Of a DNA stretch of 64,000 bases, positions 29,749 through 40,476 are shown in pieces (position 1 is the stretch's first letter; the number at the start of each line of letters is the position of its first letter). The translations under genes were made by a program, and so were the position numbers. Under the pieces are notes generated by a model, which worked only from the letters and a program-made list of their open reading frames with translations, ran no database searches and was not told the DNA's origin. This stretch comes from Porphyridium purpureum (Eukaryota): positions 124,001 to 188,000 of the forward strand of contig VRMN01000013.1 of the NCBI GenBank assembly GCA_008690995.1, written 5' to 3'.

Positions 29749-31608
29749 ATGCAGGCAATTGACGCTGATGGGACAGACACGCCAGCCTTGGCTCTGGAGG
29801 GTGCAGAACGGGTCGTGGAAATGAGCGCTGCGTCCGCGCGGAACAGCGGCGTGCAGAGCCTTGAGCCCGTCGTGGTGCTTGAAAAGGTACAGCGTCGCGA
29901 TGAGCCTGCGCCGCGGCAGGATGATGCGGATGGAAGCAGTGATTCCGGCGTGACGGAGGAAGCTGCCGGAGTTGGCTCAGATCAGCTTCGCGACGAGAGC
30001 GCTCTCACAGATGCAGAAGTGGAGAACACGAGCTTCCGTGTCACCCGTCCGTCCATCTACCCGGTGGGTCGCCACCTGCCGCTCGCACGCCACTCGCTGC
30101 TCGAGGAAAATGTCCTGTCGATTTCAAGTAAGAATGCCCGCGTGGACGTCTTCCATGAGCTCAAGTCTAGCCGCTACGAGGGATTCTTCAACTTGTCGCT
30201 AATCCTGCTGACCTTCCTGCTGCTGTACAACTTTGTCCGCAACACGGTGCAGAATGGATGGCAGCCGGAGACCAACCCGTTCAAGATGTTTCTTTGCACA
30301 GCGCTGCTGGGAGATCTGCTCTTTACGTTTACACTCTGTGTCGGCATCATGCTCGCATCCTCGCTGGCATTCTTGATCGTCAAATCCATGCTCTCGCCAT
30401 CATCTCTGGGCTATATTCACGCGGTCCGCATACCGCTGTACATTGCGCTGCAGCTTGCATTGTACGTTGTCCCGAGCATACTCGTGCTCGTCAAGGAAGT
30501 CACGCCGCTGTTTGGGTGCTTCATTGCACTCTTTACCGTCGTGTATTCCCTCAAGTGTCACAGCTGGTACGCCACCAACCGCCTGCTCATGAAAGAATAC
30601 ATGGCCCTCAGCTCCAAGTTCTCACCGCAGTACGAAACGACCGCGGCGGGCGACGGTTCGGAACGCCACTCGCCGTTCACCCGTTTGACAAGCCTTGGAA
30701 AGAAGGAGCACGTCAGCACCGCCGACCGTACTCCAGCTGAATCCAAAAGTGAAAGAATCGGAGCGAGCATGAAGGGCACTGAACGTGAAGTAACGCGGCG
30801 AGCAGTGTCGACTGCGAGCAAAAGCGCAGAGAATAGCGGCAAAAAGGACAACGCCAGTGGCTTGACGAGTGCTGTCACATTTCCGAAGAACGTGACGTTT
30901 GAAAATTTTTGCTTCTTCATGTACATTTGCCCGACGCTCGTGTACGAGACGACATACCCGCGGACGTCGCATGTGCGTTGGCGGTACGTGCTGGTCTATG
31001 TGGCACAGCTGCTCCCGATTGTGCTCTTCCAACAGGTGCTCTTTGGTCAGTTTATGCTGCCGGTGCTCATGCACTCGAGCGGTTCGTTCCTGTTTGACAT
31101 CATGAAAATCGCTGTGCCCAGCATTCTGGTATGGTTGATGGGCTTCTATGCCTTTTTCCACTGCAGTCTCAATATTTGGGCCGAGCTGAACCGCTTTGCC
31201 GATCGCAACTTTTATTCCGACTGGTGGAACGCCACCACACTCGAATCGTTTTGGAACCATTGGAACGTGCTGGTGCATGAGTTTTGCCTACGGCATATTT
31301 TCGTCGAATCGCAGGCCCGGTATCGTGTTGGGCGGTCGCAGGCAGCTGTTGCTACCTTTGTGGTCTCCGCCATCCTCCACGAGTTTATTTTTGCGTTGGG
31401 CTTTCGCACCCTGCGGCCGGCCATGTTTGCGTCCATGCTTGCGCAAATTCCATTTATCTATGCGATGCGCCATTTTGCCCTGAAGGGCAAGCGGCGCGGG
31501 AACTGGCTGGTCTGGTTTAACCTGTTCATCGGCCATCCTGTAGTCGAGATCCTCTACGCGCGCGCGTACTTTGAGAAGAATACCTATTTCTTCAGGTGCC
31601 AGAAGTGA
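29749..31608 (+). CDS. MBOAT acyltransferase, DGAT1/sterol O-acyltransferase family
   Basis: PTLVYETTYPRT, FFHCSLNIWAELNRFADRNFYSDWWN, WNVLVHEFCLRH, SAILHE, GNWLVW. Start uncertain (29506/29749/29821). Confidence 0.92.
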   Translation: MQAIDADGTDTPALALEGAERVVEMSAASARNSGVQSLEPVVVLEKVQRRDEPAPRQDDADGSSDSGVTEEAAGVGSDQLRDESALTDAEVENTSFRVTRPSIYPVGRHLPLARHSLLEENVLSISSKNARVDVFHELKSSRYEGFFNLSLILLTFLLLYNFVRNTVQNGWQPETNPFKMFLCTALLGDLLFTFTLCVGIMLASSLAFLIVKSMLSPSSLGYIHAVRIPLYIALQLALYVVPSILVLVKEVTPLFGCFIALFTVVYSLKCHSWYATNRLLMKEYMALSSKFSPQYETTAAGDGSERHSPFTRLTSLGKKEHVSTADRTPAESKSERIGASMKGTEREVTRRAVSTASKSAENSGKKDNASGLTSAVTFPKNVTFENFCFFMYICPTLVYETTYPRTSHVRWRYVLVYVAQLLPIVLFQQVLFGQFMLPVLMHSSGSFLFDIMKIAVPSILVWLMGFYAFFHCSLNIWAELNRFADRNFYSDWWNATTLESFWNHWNVLVHEFCLRHIFVESQARYRVGRSQAAVATFVVSAILHEFIFALGFRTLRPAMFASMLAQIPFIYAMRHFALKGKRRGNWLVWFNLFIGHPVVEILYARAYFEKNTYFFRCQK

Positions 31609-31776
31609 ACAATGAGCAGCTATTTACCGCTTGTGTATGCAGCTGATCGCTTGAGAAAGTCGAAATCAACGAGACAAACAGGAATCAAAAAGAGAAAAGC
31701 AGGAAAATTCTTCCGTGTAAAATATGCTGCCGTTCGTACATGTTGAATCCGTATCTAAAGCTTGTGGTGCGCGCCG

Positions 31777-32553
31777 TTATTCCGCTGCCCCGTACGCAGC
31801 ACGCACATTCTCATAAAATCGCTGCAGCCGTGTCTCGTCCTTGCGGCAACGGTCTTGATTGGCTACGCCAGAGGCCACATCCAAGCCGGGTGGGCGCAGC
31901 ATGCAAATCGCTTCGGCGACGTTCTCTGGAGTCAGTCCACCGGCCAACATCCAATTGACGTCGCTTGGGGGCGCACGGAAACGACTCCAATCGAATGAGG
32001 TGCCAGTCCCGCCTCCCTTCGCATCGTACAAGCACCACTCATGCTTTTGCTTGGTAGAGCTCCTCTCAGCGCTTCCTTGCGCGTCCACGTCAACCACGTG
32101 TATCATGTTCAAATTCAAAGCCGTCGAGCCGGCAACTGCGTCGGCTGTCTGCATTGCCGCACGCACTCCCGCGCCATGCAGTTGAATGGTATCAATGCCC
32201 GTCCATGCTACCCACTGTTCTACTTGCTCAAAGCTTTCATCCACAAAGACGCCGACGGGTGTGGCGCCGCGATCGCGAGCAGCGTCCGCGATTGCGCGCG
32301 CATCCGTTTTGCTCTTGACGCTGCGAATCGAGTGAGGCCAAAGAATCATCCCGATCAGCATCTCGTCAGGCGCACCGCGCACGCCGCCTCGCAAGCTGCC
32401 GAAACATCGCGCCGCGACGTCGAGCGATAAAGCGGCGTCTTCGGCGCTCACCACCCCGCAGACCTTGAGTCGGCGGAGCGGCGTGCGAGCGTTCATGCCT
32501 GCAAGAGGAACCGGTGCGGCTCCCGGCGCGGAGAAGGCGACCACGTGACCCAT
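31777..32553 (-). CDS. trpF: Phosphoribosylanthranilate isomerase
   Basis: LKVCGV, IGMILWPHSIRSV, VGVFVD, IQLHG, YDAKGGGTGTSFDW, MLAGGLTPENV, GLDVASGV; alternative ATG 32496. Confidence 0.95.
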   Translation of the reverse strand: MGHVVAFSAPGAAPVPLAGMNARTPLRRLKVCGVVSAEDAALSLDVAARCFGSLRGGVRGAPDEMLIGMILWPHSIRSVKSKTDARAIADAARDRGATPVGVFVDESFEQVEQWVAWTGIDTIQLHGAGVRAAMQTADAVAGSTALNLNMIHVVDVDAQGSAERSSTKQKHEWCLYDAKGGGTGTSFDWSRFRAPPSDVNWMLAGGLTPENVAEAICMLRPPGLDVASGVANQDRCRKDETRLQRFYENVRAAYGAAE

Positions 32554-34165
32554 GGCAGAAAGGAATCAGCGCTCAGACACGAACCAGACCGACGAGCACC
32601 GGCGACGGTCCTTGTTTCTCGAGTGGCTCGCCGCGCACAATGTCACGTGGGATGCCGAACGAATCGACATCTTGAGTTGTCCGGAGTCGGAATATGAGCA
32701 AGAAGAATCGGCCATCAACGCGCATGGCAAGCGCGTGCGCGGCACCGACCTTGCAGGGGAAGACACGGCAAGCGAGGCGCCCTTGTCGCGGCCAGCCTAT
32801 TGTTGTCGAGCCAAGCAGAGCCTGAGTGTTGGACATGAGGTGGCGCGCATTCCGAAGCATGCGGTGCTCTCTGCACACAACAGCGAGGATCTTCGTCATG
32901 TGATGATGCAGCACGAGATGATGCAGAGCGGTGCACTTGGCACGATCGTGGCGCTCATGTACGAGCGTGCACGCTTGGAGCAAAGCAAGTGGTTTGGCTA
33001 CTTGCAAATGTTGCCGCTGTACGAACCCTTGCCAGTGATGTGGAGCGCGCTTGAACTCGAGGGACTCCGGGGCACTGACCTGTCGCGGACCGTGCAGCAG
33101 GATTTGCTCTTGATGAAGCAAGATTATGAGGAGTTAGTGAAACCCATGTGCGAAGAACTTGCTCGGCTGAGCGGCGCGAGCCAAGCCGCATTTTCGTTCA
33201 ACGAGTTCAAAAACGCTGCCACTATTGTGGCTAGCCGCGCATTCTACGTCGATTCTACGCATGGTGACGCATTGGTCCCAGTGGCAGACATGTTTAATCA
33301 CGCATCCGGGCGTGAGCATGTGCACATCGAGAGCAATCGCGACGATGAACATTCCAGCGACGATGCCGATGATACTGACAAAAGGCACAGCGCAAAGTCA
33401 AGCGAACAAGAGCAGGCTGTGGATCCATTTTTGTCCATTGTGGTAGTGCAAGAGGCGCGACCTGGCGATGAGGTGTTCAATACTTACGGTACCATCTCGA
33501 CGTCTGCATTGCTCAAGAAGTACGGGTTTGTAGAAGAAGGCCACGAAAATAAGTACGATCAGGTCATATTCGCGCTGTCTAGTGTGGTTCAGCTGGTGGC
33601 GTCCAAACTTGGCGTCGACGTGGACGTAGTGGAAGCACGCATCCATGAATGGACACCCTGCTTACTCTCCCTCGACGATGAGGAGGACGATGGCGACGAC
33701 GATGAGGAGGACGATGGCGACGACGATAATGAAGACGATGGCGAGGACGAGGACGCTGGGGAGCTCGTTGTATCCGACATTGATGGAAAGAACGAGCGTA
33801 CTGACTCAGAGATCGAATCCGAAGATGACCGTGACGGCGACGGCGACGAGCAGGAAGTGCCGGACTTTTTTCTCGAGTCAAGCGGCCATCCGGATCTCTG
33901 GTTCTCTAGCTGCTTAATTGCGCTGTGTTCGGGCGAGAACGTTGAAACACTTCTCGCGCGTGGGAGAGAGCAACGTGCGGTTTTAAGCGGTCCCGCTCGC
34001 GACATGCTCTTGCGACTCGTCGAGGACCGGCTTGCAAGCTTTGCATCCCCTCGGGCCCTGCTGAAGCAAGATGGCGCGCGCATGCTCTGCGCGCGAGTAT
34101 TGGTGGAGCGCGAGCGCGCGATATTGCTTCGCTGCAAAAAAGTGTACGGCAAGGTACAAGCATGA
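32552..34165 (+). CDS. SET-domain lysine methyltransferase (SETD6/RKM4-like)
   Basis: FLEWL, ARIPKHAVLS, SKWFGYLQMLP, VASRAF, LVPVADMFNH, GDEVFNTYG, LLKKYGFV. Confidence 0.9.
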   Translation: MAERNQRSDTNQTDEHRRRSLFLEWLAAHNVTWDAERIDILSCPESEYEQEESAINAHGKRVRGTDLAGEDTASEAPLSRPAYCCRAKQSLSVGHEVARIPKHAVLSAHNSEDLRHVMMQHEMMQSGALGTIVALMYERARLEQSKWFGYLQMLPLYEPLPVMWSALELEGLRGTDLSRTVQQDLLLMKQDYEELVKPMCEELARLSGASQAAFSFNEFKNAATIVASRAFYVDSTHGDALVPVADMFNHASGREHVHIESNRDDEHSSDDADDTDKRHSAKSSEQEQAVDPFLSIVVVQEARPGDEVFNTYGTISTSALLKKYGFVEEGHENKYDQVIFALSSVVQLVASKLGVDVDVVEARIHEWTPCLLSLDDEEDDGDDDEEDDGDDDNEDDGEDEDAGELVVSDIDGKNERTDSEIESEDDRDGDGDEQEVPDFFLESSGHPDLWFSSCLIALCSGENVETLLARGREQRAVLSGPARDMLLRLVEDRLASFASPRALLKQDGARMLCARVLVERERAILLRCKKVYGKVQA

Positions 34166-34254
34166 GATGATTAAGCAGCAGCGATCGACCCGGATGGAAG
34201 GGACAGAAATCATACATAAACAAATACTATTATTCTTCTTCCTATTCTTCAAGG

Positions 34255-35580
34255 TCATGGAAAGCAACCGTCATTTGAGTCAGTGTCACTGTCAGAGCAG
34301 CCCTTTACGACGCCATATACCACCAGCGCGCAGCCTGCTACGGGAGCGGCAACGACCAGTGCGGCTGCCCCGAGCGGGAAAACAAGAGGCGCGGCCACGA
34401 TCCAGAACATCCAGCAGCGACAACTGGAAAGGCAACCCTCGTCATCGTACTGCCCGCGGCAAATCCAGCAAAACTCGAAGCGGCACTGCGAGCAAATCAT
34501 ATGCGAGCACCCGTCGTCCTTTTGGATCCGAGTGCGGCAGCGCGGACATCGCTTGGTGTGCAACATCATCCACATCTTATTTTTTGCGCTCGAAACGTGC
34601 ATCTTTTTCCTCGTCGGGCATTGATGTGATTTGCTCCCGGGCCACGTGGCTCCGGCATCTGGCCGGAGGACCAGTTCGCATCCCGCACACATCTGCGTGC
34701 CACAGAATGTGCACTGCGCTGCGGGTGGGTGCACGCCTGGTGGCCCCTTGGGTACGCATGTCGTGTGCCCACATCCCGGCTTCGAGCAAAGGATGACGTA
34801 GTGGCTATGGCCGAGCTCCTTTCGAAGCACAAAATATTGTCGCCGGCGCAGTACAAGCGGGTCCAGCAGCGTCTCGATGTCCACATCGAGCGGCGTCTTG
34901 CACAATAAACAGCAGCCAGTGGACTCGCCGCGCACCATCATCTGGTCGTCAGCCATGACCTTGAGGAGGCAGTCCACGCAATGCGCATATTCGCACGACG
35001 TGCACACAACCAGCTGGCGCGGTGCCTTTGGGTAACAACAAATCATGCACTCGGGCCGGCTTTCGAGAAGCTCCTGCACATCTTCCGGGCTCGTGTGTGG
35101 TGTGTCTCCCACACTATGTGCGCGCGACGGCAGTGCCGAAATGAGGCGAGACGTGTCTTGGCCGAGTTCCATATCAGGCAGTGAGTGACTGCGCGGGCGC
35201 TGTGGCTCGGCTCTCAGATTGTCTTGTAAGCCATTGTGTTCGTTGCCCTTTTGCTCATCCTCTGCACAAATATGCCCAGGCTTGACGGATTCCATAGCGA
35301 ATGCATTGCCCGGTCGCGCGTTTTGCGGTGCCATAGAAGCATCTGCACATGAGCACGTACTCGAAGTCTCTGTCGACTCGGACTCGCTGAGCACCTCAAC
35401 CTCCATTCCCCAACGCTCGAGCAAGAACGCGCGCAGAATTTCATCGCGCTCCGCCTCGTCCGTGCAGCGGTGCATTTGCGCGAAAAGCTCGTCCAACTCA
35501 CGCCGATCCAGCTCATTCTGATCCCTTCTCCAGGAACGCGGCACGATATGCTCGCGCATGCGGCGCAACATGTGACTCAT
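34255..35580 (-). CDS. RBR (RING-IBR-RING) E3 ubiquitin ligase with C-terminal TM segment
   Basis: CMICC...HCVDC...CLLC; CSKPGC...CTFC...CAGC...HQC; TKRCPRCRTRIQKDDGCSHMICSQCRFEFCWIC; hydrophobic tail. Confidence 0.88.
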   Translation of the reverse strand: MSHMLRRMREHIVPRSWRRDQNELDRRELDELFAQMHRCTDEAERDEILRAFLLERWGMEVEVLSESESTETSSTCSCADASMAPQNARPGNAFAMESVKPGHICAEDEQKGNEHNGLQDNLRAEPQRPRSHSLPDMELGQDTSRLISALPSRAHSVGDTPHTSPEDVQELLESRPECMICCYPKAPRQLVVCTSCEYAHCVDCLLKVMADDQMMVRGESTGCCLLCKTPLDVDIETLLDPLVLRRRQYFVLRKELGHSHYVILCSKPGCGHTTCVPKGPPGVHPPAAQCTFCGTQMCAGCELVLRPDAGATWPGSKSHQCPTRKKMHVSSAKNKMWMMLHTKRCPRCRTRIQKDDGCSHMICSQCRFEFCWICRGQYDDEGCLSSCRCWMFWIVAAPLVFPLGAAALVVAAPVAGCALVVYGVVKGCSDSDTDSNDGCFP

Positions 35581-36245
35581 TGCGCCTCTGTTCTCCGTCA
35601 AAGCCCCACACCACACCAACAGACTTCCAAGCGCTCAACGCTGCGCGCCGAGGGCCACGCTCCGGCCTGCCTGCAGCGCGCACACACGCGCACAGACTCC
35701 AAGCGCTCCGTACGTGTGCACCACCACGCCCCAGAAGAGCCTGACACGGCGTACACACCAGAAGCCTCTCCTCGGGCACCCACGAGAGCGCGAGACACAA
35801 CCTGCGACGCGGTCGTCCAATTCAGCCGCCACGACCGACCTGCGAATGCGAACGAGCGACACCTATCCACCTGCGCGCGAGCGACAGAGAACCTTGTTGG
35901 TGGAGCAGCGCGGCGCACTCTTATACGCGTGCGCGCGTCGCCACCCAGTCGCACACGAGCTACACACACCCACACACGTCGCGACTCCAAGAGGTAATAG
36001 ACGCAACACGCCTGCACACCATGCCCCGCCAAGCAACACCACCGCTGTCCCACTCCATGCGGTTGTGCGCACACACACACACACGTGACACACACTGAAC
36101 ACTACTCCAGCAAGGACTGAACACTATCCCGCGCGCTCCTTGCTGGCGCACGCGCGCGTTTTTCGCCGAGAAACCGCCGGCTTGACACACACACAACACC
36201 GGCTTACATTGTCCCGCCGAAACGCCCACGCCAACGCAGCAACAA

Positions 36246-36403
36246 GTACAGTGGTGTAAGCAATCGTCCCCCTTACATTTCGAGTCGCAACCCTAAGCGA
36301 GCGCTGAACACCCGAGCGGTACACCTCAGTACAGTGATGTTCAGTGGCGTGCAGTGGAGGACAATAGGTACAGTGATGACCTGTCAAGTATAGTGATGTA
36401 CAG
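36246..36403. promoter_or_regulatory. GTACAG(TGA) cluster upstream of TBC gene
   Basis: GTACAG at 36246, 36329, 36368, 36398; GTACAC at 36319; GTATAG variant at 36388. Confidence 0.55.
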
Positions 36404-36475
36404 TGAGTGGGTTGGGGTTGAGCGGGGAGAGAAAGAGAGGAGGGGAAGGTGGACGAGGCATGTGGGAGTGGGGGA

Positions 36476-38359
36476 ATGGGGATGGAGTCGATCCTGTCGT
36501 TCGGGCGCGCGGTGCGACTGAACGAAGAGGAATGCGACTGGGATGAATTGGACCGCACCGCCGCGTTGCTGCATGCGCGCTTGGCGTTCACGCGCGCCGT
36601 GTTGCGCCACGACTTGGGCGTCCGTCGCCAAGCCGAGGACAGCGTGTCTGGCGCCGCTGCAGGGTTAGAGTCGAACGATGATGCCGCACGCGGGGAGAGC
36701 CGTCCTGAGAGAAACGATGAGAACGTGCAACTGCACGCGGATGTGCACAGCGCTCTGTCTGGCTGGTGGGCCGCGCTGGACCACGCGAAGCCGCTGCCGC
36801 TCAAGGAGATCTTGCTGCATTATGACGCCATCGAGCGCGACAGACAAGCACAGCATCGCACTGGCGCAGGCGTCCGCACGCCGCGTCGCGGAGAGCCAGT
36901 GTTGCATCGCGCGCTCAGCCTGGAACCTGAACTGGTGCACGAAACACGCGCGTCTCATCTTGACCAAGGCGCCGAACCACCACGAGCACAGGCACGTCCG
37001 GGCACTGGCGCGGCGACATCGCCGCTTCGACCAGTAAGCAATTTCTCGGTTGCAGAGCCACTGTCGGTAGTAGAGCCGTCAGGTGCAGCCCCGCTCGCGG
37101 CGGTGGCGAGCGTGCCGATCGTCGGAAAGAAGCAGTCAGTCCTTCTGATCGAAGACCGAATCAGTAAGCGAAACCCGGGCGAGTCCATGTTAAACGCATA
37201 TGAAAAAGTGCTAAGTGCACCGACAGTCGACTTGGAAGCGCTGCGCAAGCTCGCATGGCACGGCATTCCGCTTAAGTACCGCGCCACGGTATGGAAGCTG
37301 CTGCTCGAGTATGTGCCGGCCTCCGCATCCCGTCGTCCCGACGTTGTCCAGCGAAAGCGCCGAGAATACCAACTGGCTGTTGAGCAGCATTTCGGCGGCT
37401 CTCATGCACACACACGCCGCGCGCAGGGGATTTTGACGCCCAAGGCACCGGCTGCACGAGACCTCGACGTCGGAGGGGCCGCGCACGATCGCAGTATAAA
37501 CGGCAGGCCGAAGGCAGAGCCGTTGTCCCCGATGCGTGATATTTCCAACTCAGTCGCGTCTGAGCAGCCCAATCCGCGCGGTAGTCAGGCGGGGCTGTCC
37601 GAGTACGAGCAGAGCATGCACCGGCAAATTGGACTAGACATTCCTCGCACATGTCCCGGCCAAGCCTTGTTTCACATTGAGAGTGTGCAGGCCTCGTTAG
37701 AACGTGTGCTCTACGTGTGGGCGATGCGGCACCCAGCGTCCGGCTATGTGCAAGGCATGAATGACCTCTTGACGCCGTTCCTGTTTGTGTTCTTTGCAGA
37801 GCAATCGTCGGTTTTGGAGTCCGGGGAGGAGGTGCTCTGCTGGACAAATCTCCAGCATTTATCTGCGAAAGGGCTGGCGGACGCCGAGGCGGACGCCTAC
37901 TGGTGCCTCACTGCCCTGCTCGAGTCGATCCATGACTACTACATCTTTGCGCAGCCCGGCATTCAGAAGCGCGTCCTGATGCTGCAAGAGCTTGTTTCAC
38001 GTGTGCGGCCAGACGTACACGCGCATCTGCTCAGCGAAGGGCTCGACTTTATCCAGTTTGCCTTCCGCTGGATGAATTGCCTGCTTATGCGCGAGCTACC
38101 GTTTGTGCTTATTGTGCGCATTTGGGATACGTATCTGTGCGAGCGCGACGGCTTTGGCGTGTTTCACGTGTACGTGTGCGCCGCGCTTTTGAGTTTCTTT
38201 CACGAAGAGTTACTTTGCAAGGACTTCCAAGATCTCGTGCTCTTTTTGCAAAACCTCCCCACCAAGTCTTGGACGCAGACAGAGCTCGACATGATTCTCT
38301 CGCAGGCATTCATGTGGCGATCATTATTTGACTCCTCGGTTCACTTGCGCGGCGATTGA
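36476..38359 (+). CDS. Rab GTPase-activating protein, TBC1D22/GYP1-like
   Basis: LRKLAWHGIP, QIGLDIPRT (Arg finger), HPASGYVQGMNDL (Gln finger), FAQPGIQ, FIQFAFRWMNCLLMRE. Confidence 0.93.
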   Translation: MGMESILSFGRAVRLNEEECDWDELDRTAALLHARLAFTRAVLRHDLGVRRQAEDSVSGAAAGLESNDDAARGESRPERNDENVQLHADVHSALSGWWAALDHAKPLPLKEILLHYDAIERDRQAQHRTGAGVRTPRRGEPVLHRALSLEPELVHETRASHLDQGAEPPRAQARPGTGAATSPLRPVSNFSVAEPLSVVEPSGAAPLAAVASVPIVGKKQSVLLIEDRISKRNPGESMLNAYEKVLSAPTVDLEALRKLAWHGIPLKYRATVWKLLLEYVPASASRRPDVVQRKRREYQLAVEQHFGGSHAHTRRAQGILTPKAPAARDLDVGGAAHDRSINGRPKAEPLSPMRDISNSVASEQPNPRGSQAGLSEYEQSMHRQIGLDIPRTCPGQALFHIESVQASLERVLYVWAMRHPASGYVQGMNDLLTPFLFVFFAEQSSVLESGEEVLCWTNLQHLSAKGLADAEADAYWCLTALLESIHDYYIFAQPGIQKRVLMLQELVSRVRPDVHAHLLSEGLDFIQFAFRWMNCLLMRELPFVLIVRIWDTYLCERDGFGVFHVYVCAALLSFFHEELLCKDFQDLVLFLQNLPTKSWTQTELDMILSQAFMWRSLFDSSVHLRGD

Positions 38360-38844
38360 CTGACAGACGTCCTGACGCACTCATGATCTTGTGTGCTGCC
38401 GTACCGCTTGAGTGGCTGCCTGTTTGGGAAGAAAAATTCGACGACACACAAGGAAAACACGAACACGCCATGTGATCACGTTGCGGCCCCAGTGTGGGGC
38501 TTTTTTTGGGCCAGATGTCATGTTCATGGCGTTAAAAAAGGGAGAGCACAGAAGATCACACACTCCTGCATGAGTCCTGGTGGACGCTTGCAGTGTAGTA
38601 TGTATCATGCGGTGTCGTTGTGGCTGTTCGCGACTGAGCAAAGTTTTCATCGCGCTCGCGGGCGCCGAGCAACCGAGCAGGACTCAGTGAATGTGCGAAT
38701 ATGCAGCCGGAACGCATGGTGTACGTGTGCCGCTCGTGAGTGGAAGCGGAGGACCTCGACATGGGTTTGTCCTCTCTGTCAAGAGACCATGTTCGTGGAT
38801 GTTGGTATTGTACTGTACACGTGTTTTCTTTCGCAAGCTGCTGT

Positions 38845-40032
38845 TCATAAGAGATTCTCCTCATAAGTTTCCGCCCGCATCTTTTTCGTCGGGACAGCCG
38901 CGGTGGCCGTGGCTGGGAGCAGGTCTGGGCCTTCTGTTTTGGCTGCGTACGCGCGGCTCATTTTGTAGCTGCGAGTGGCGCGCTCGTACAAAAAGATCCC
39001 AGCGATAGAGAGCAGCACACCCACCAGGTTGATGGGTGTAAGATGCTCGTGCAGAACACCCACCGCGATCACGGGCACCAAGACGCGCTTGAAGATGTTT
39101 GCCACGCTGTAGCTGAGCGGAGAAATGCGGTTGAGCGTCACAAAGGCCAGCTGTGAGGATGCAAAGTTGAGGAGGCCGGCAAGCAGCAACACAACCACTT
39201 GAGCGCGGCTCACGTGGTAGCTTTGGAGCTGCGTGAGGAAGCGTGATCCAAAATGCTCGTTCGAGGCGGCTCCGAAGCCGCGGTATAGCTCGAGTACAGA
39301 GTAAGCCACGACAGCCATGCTGAACGAGATTGCCGAGAGATACACCTGCAACGACTGTGGGTCAATTTTGTCGCGGCCGAACAGAAGCTTGCTGTATATG
39401 TTCTGGCCCGAATTGATGCCTGTTGAGCACGCTGAAGCCAGCAGCCCCTGCACACTGACAAGTAGCATAGCTGCGTCGTTTGCGCTTGCGCCTTTGATTT
39501 CTTCGACAGAAGTGAGGGTCACGCCGAAGACGACGGGTATCATAGTGGTCATGACGCGCGCCGGCGGCACGTGCTTGAACGCGATAAACTCCAGCAGCGC
39601 GCTGAAGATCGGCGCGAGCGAGCGGATCGTATTGAACAGATTGACGCTGATGCGACCCAGCGAGCCGTACTTGAGAACCTCCTTGACCAAGTACGCGGCA
39701 GACAGCGGGACAACGGCTTTCAGCTGTCGTTGAGAAAGGCGCTGCAGCGGCTGGACGCGCAGCACGAGCGTCCATATGGCTCCGTACACGGTCGAACACA
39801 GCAGCAGCCACACAGCGAAAAAATCATCTGACACGCCGCTCGCAGAGAGCGCGTGCTTGGAGTAGAACAGCGACACCAGCGACGAGACCATCCACAGCAC
39901 CAGCATCACGGCCAGCCGCGCGCGCTGCTTGCGCACCACGGCCGCCTCCTCGTCCTCCCCACCGCTGCCGCCTCCTTCATTCCGACTCGCACGCACGGCA
40001 TGTTCCACCTGTGCCCCGCGCACCGCACCCAT
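38845..40032 (-). CDS. Triose-phosphate/nucleotide-sugar transporter family (SLC35E-like)
   Basis: Multiple TM helices; ISVNLFNTIRSLAPIF, QNIYSKLL, ISPLSYSVANIFKRV. Confidence 0.88.
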   Translation of the reverse strand: MGAVRGAQVEHAVRASRNEGGGSGGEDEEAAVVRKQRARLAVMLVLWMVSSLVSLFYSKHALSASGVSDDFFAVWLLLCSTVYGAIWTLVLRVQPLQRLSQRQLKAVVPLSAAYLVKEVLKYGSLGRISVNLFNTIRSLAPIFSALLEFIAFKHVPPARVMTTMIPVVFGVTLTSVEEIKGASANDAAMLLVSVQGLLASACSTGINSGQNIYSKLLFGRDKIDPQSLQVYLSAISFSMAVVAYSVLELYRGFGAASNEHFGSRFLTQLQSYHVSRAQVVVLLLAGLLNFASSQLAFVTLNRISPLSYSVANIFKRVLVPVIAVGVLHEHLTPINLVGVLLSIAGIFLYERATRSYKMSRAYAAKTEGPDLLPATATAAVPTKKMRAETYEENLL

Positions 40033-40225
40033 TCCTTGCACGCCCTCACATACATCAATCCAGTCCCCCTCTCCCTCTCTCCCTCTTCTCCGCAGCAGCG
40101 ACCGCCTTTCCCCCCTCTTTCCTGAGCAACCAACTCGGCTCTCTACCTCAAACGGTTTCCCGGCTTAAACGGTTCAAAACCGCCGATCGCTCGCTACCGC
40201 TGTAAGTTTATGTCAGGGCAAGCAG

Positions 40226-40301
40226 GTACACTGAAAGTGGGGAGTAGGGTACAGTGCGGCAAAGTGGCGTCTGGCGCGGAAGGTACAGCGGTAAAGTACA
40301 G
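40226..40301. promoter_or_regulatory. GTACAG cluster in divergent intergenic region
   Basis: GTACAC 40226; GTACAG 40249, 40283, 40296. Confidence 0.55.
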
Positions 40302-40476
40302 CTGGTTTGTGCGGTGGGCGGCGAGCGCGCGTGGCGCAGCAGAGCGGCGCGACGTGCGAGGAGCGGATGTGCGATGGTTTTGGTTGGAGGCGGAGAGCGG
40401 GGAGCGGGGAGAGAGAGAGAGGGTGTGGGGAAGAGGCCAAAGGGAGGGAGGGCGTGCGTGGGGACGGCGCGGTAGC

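Noticed and set aside
38393..38866. Cys-containing ORF between the TBC and transporter genes
   Set aside because: Lies in a convergent 3' region with no coherent zinc-finger pattern.
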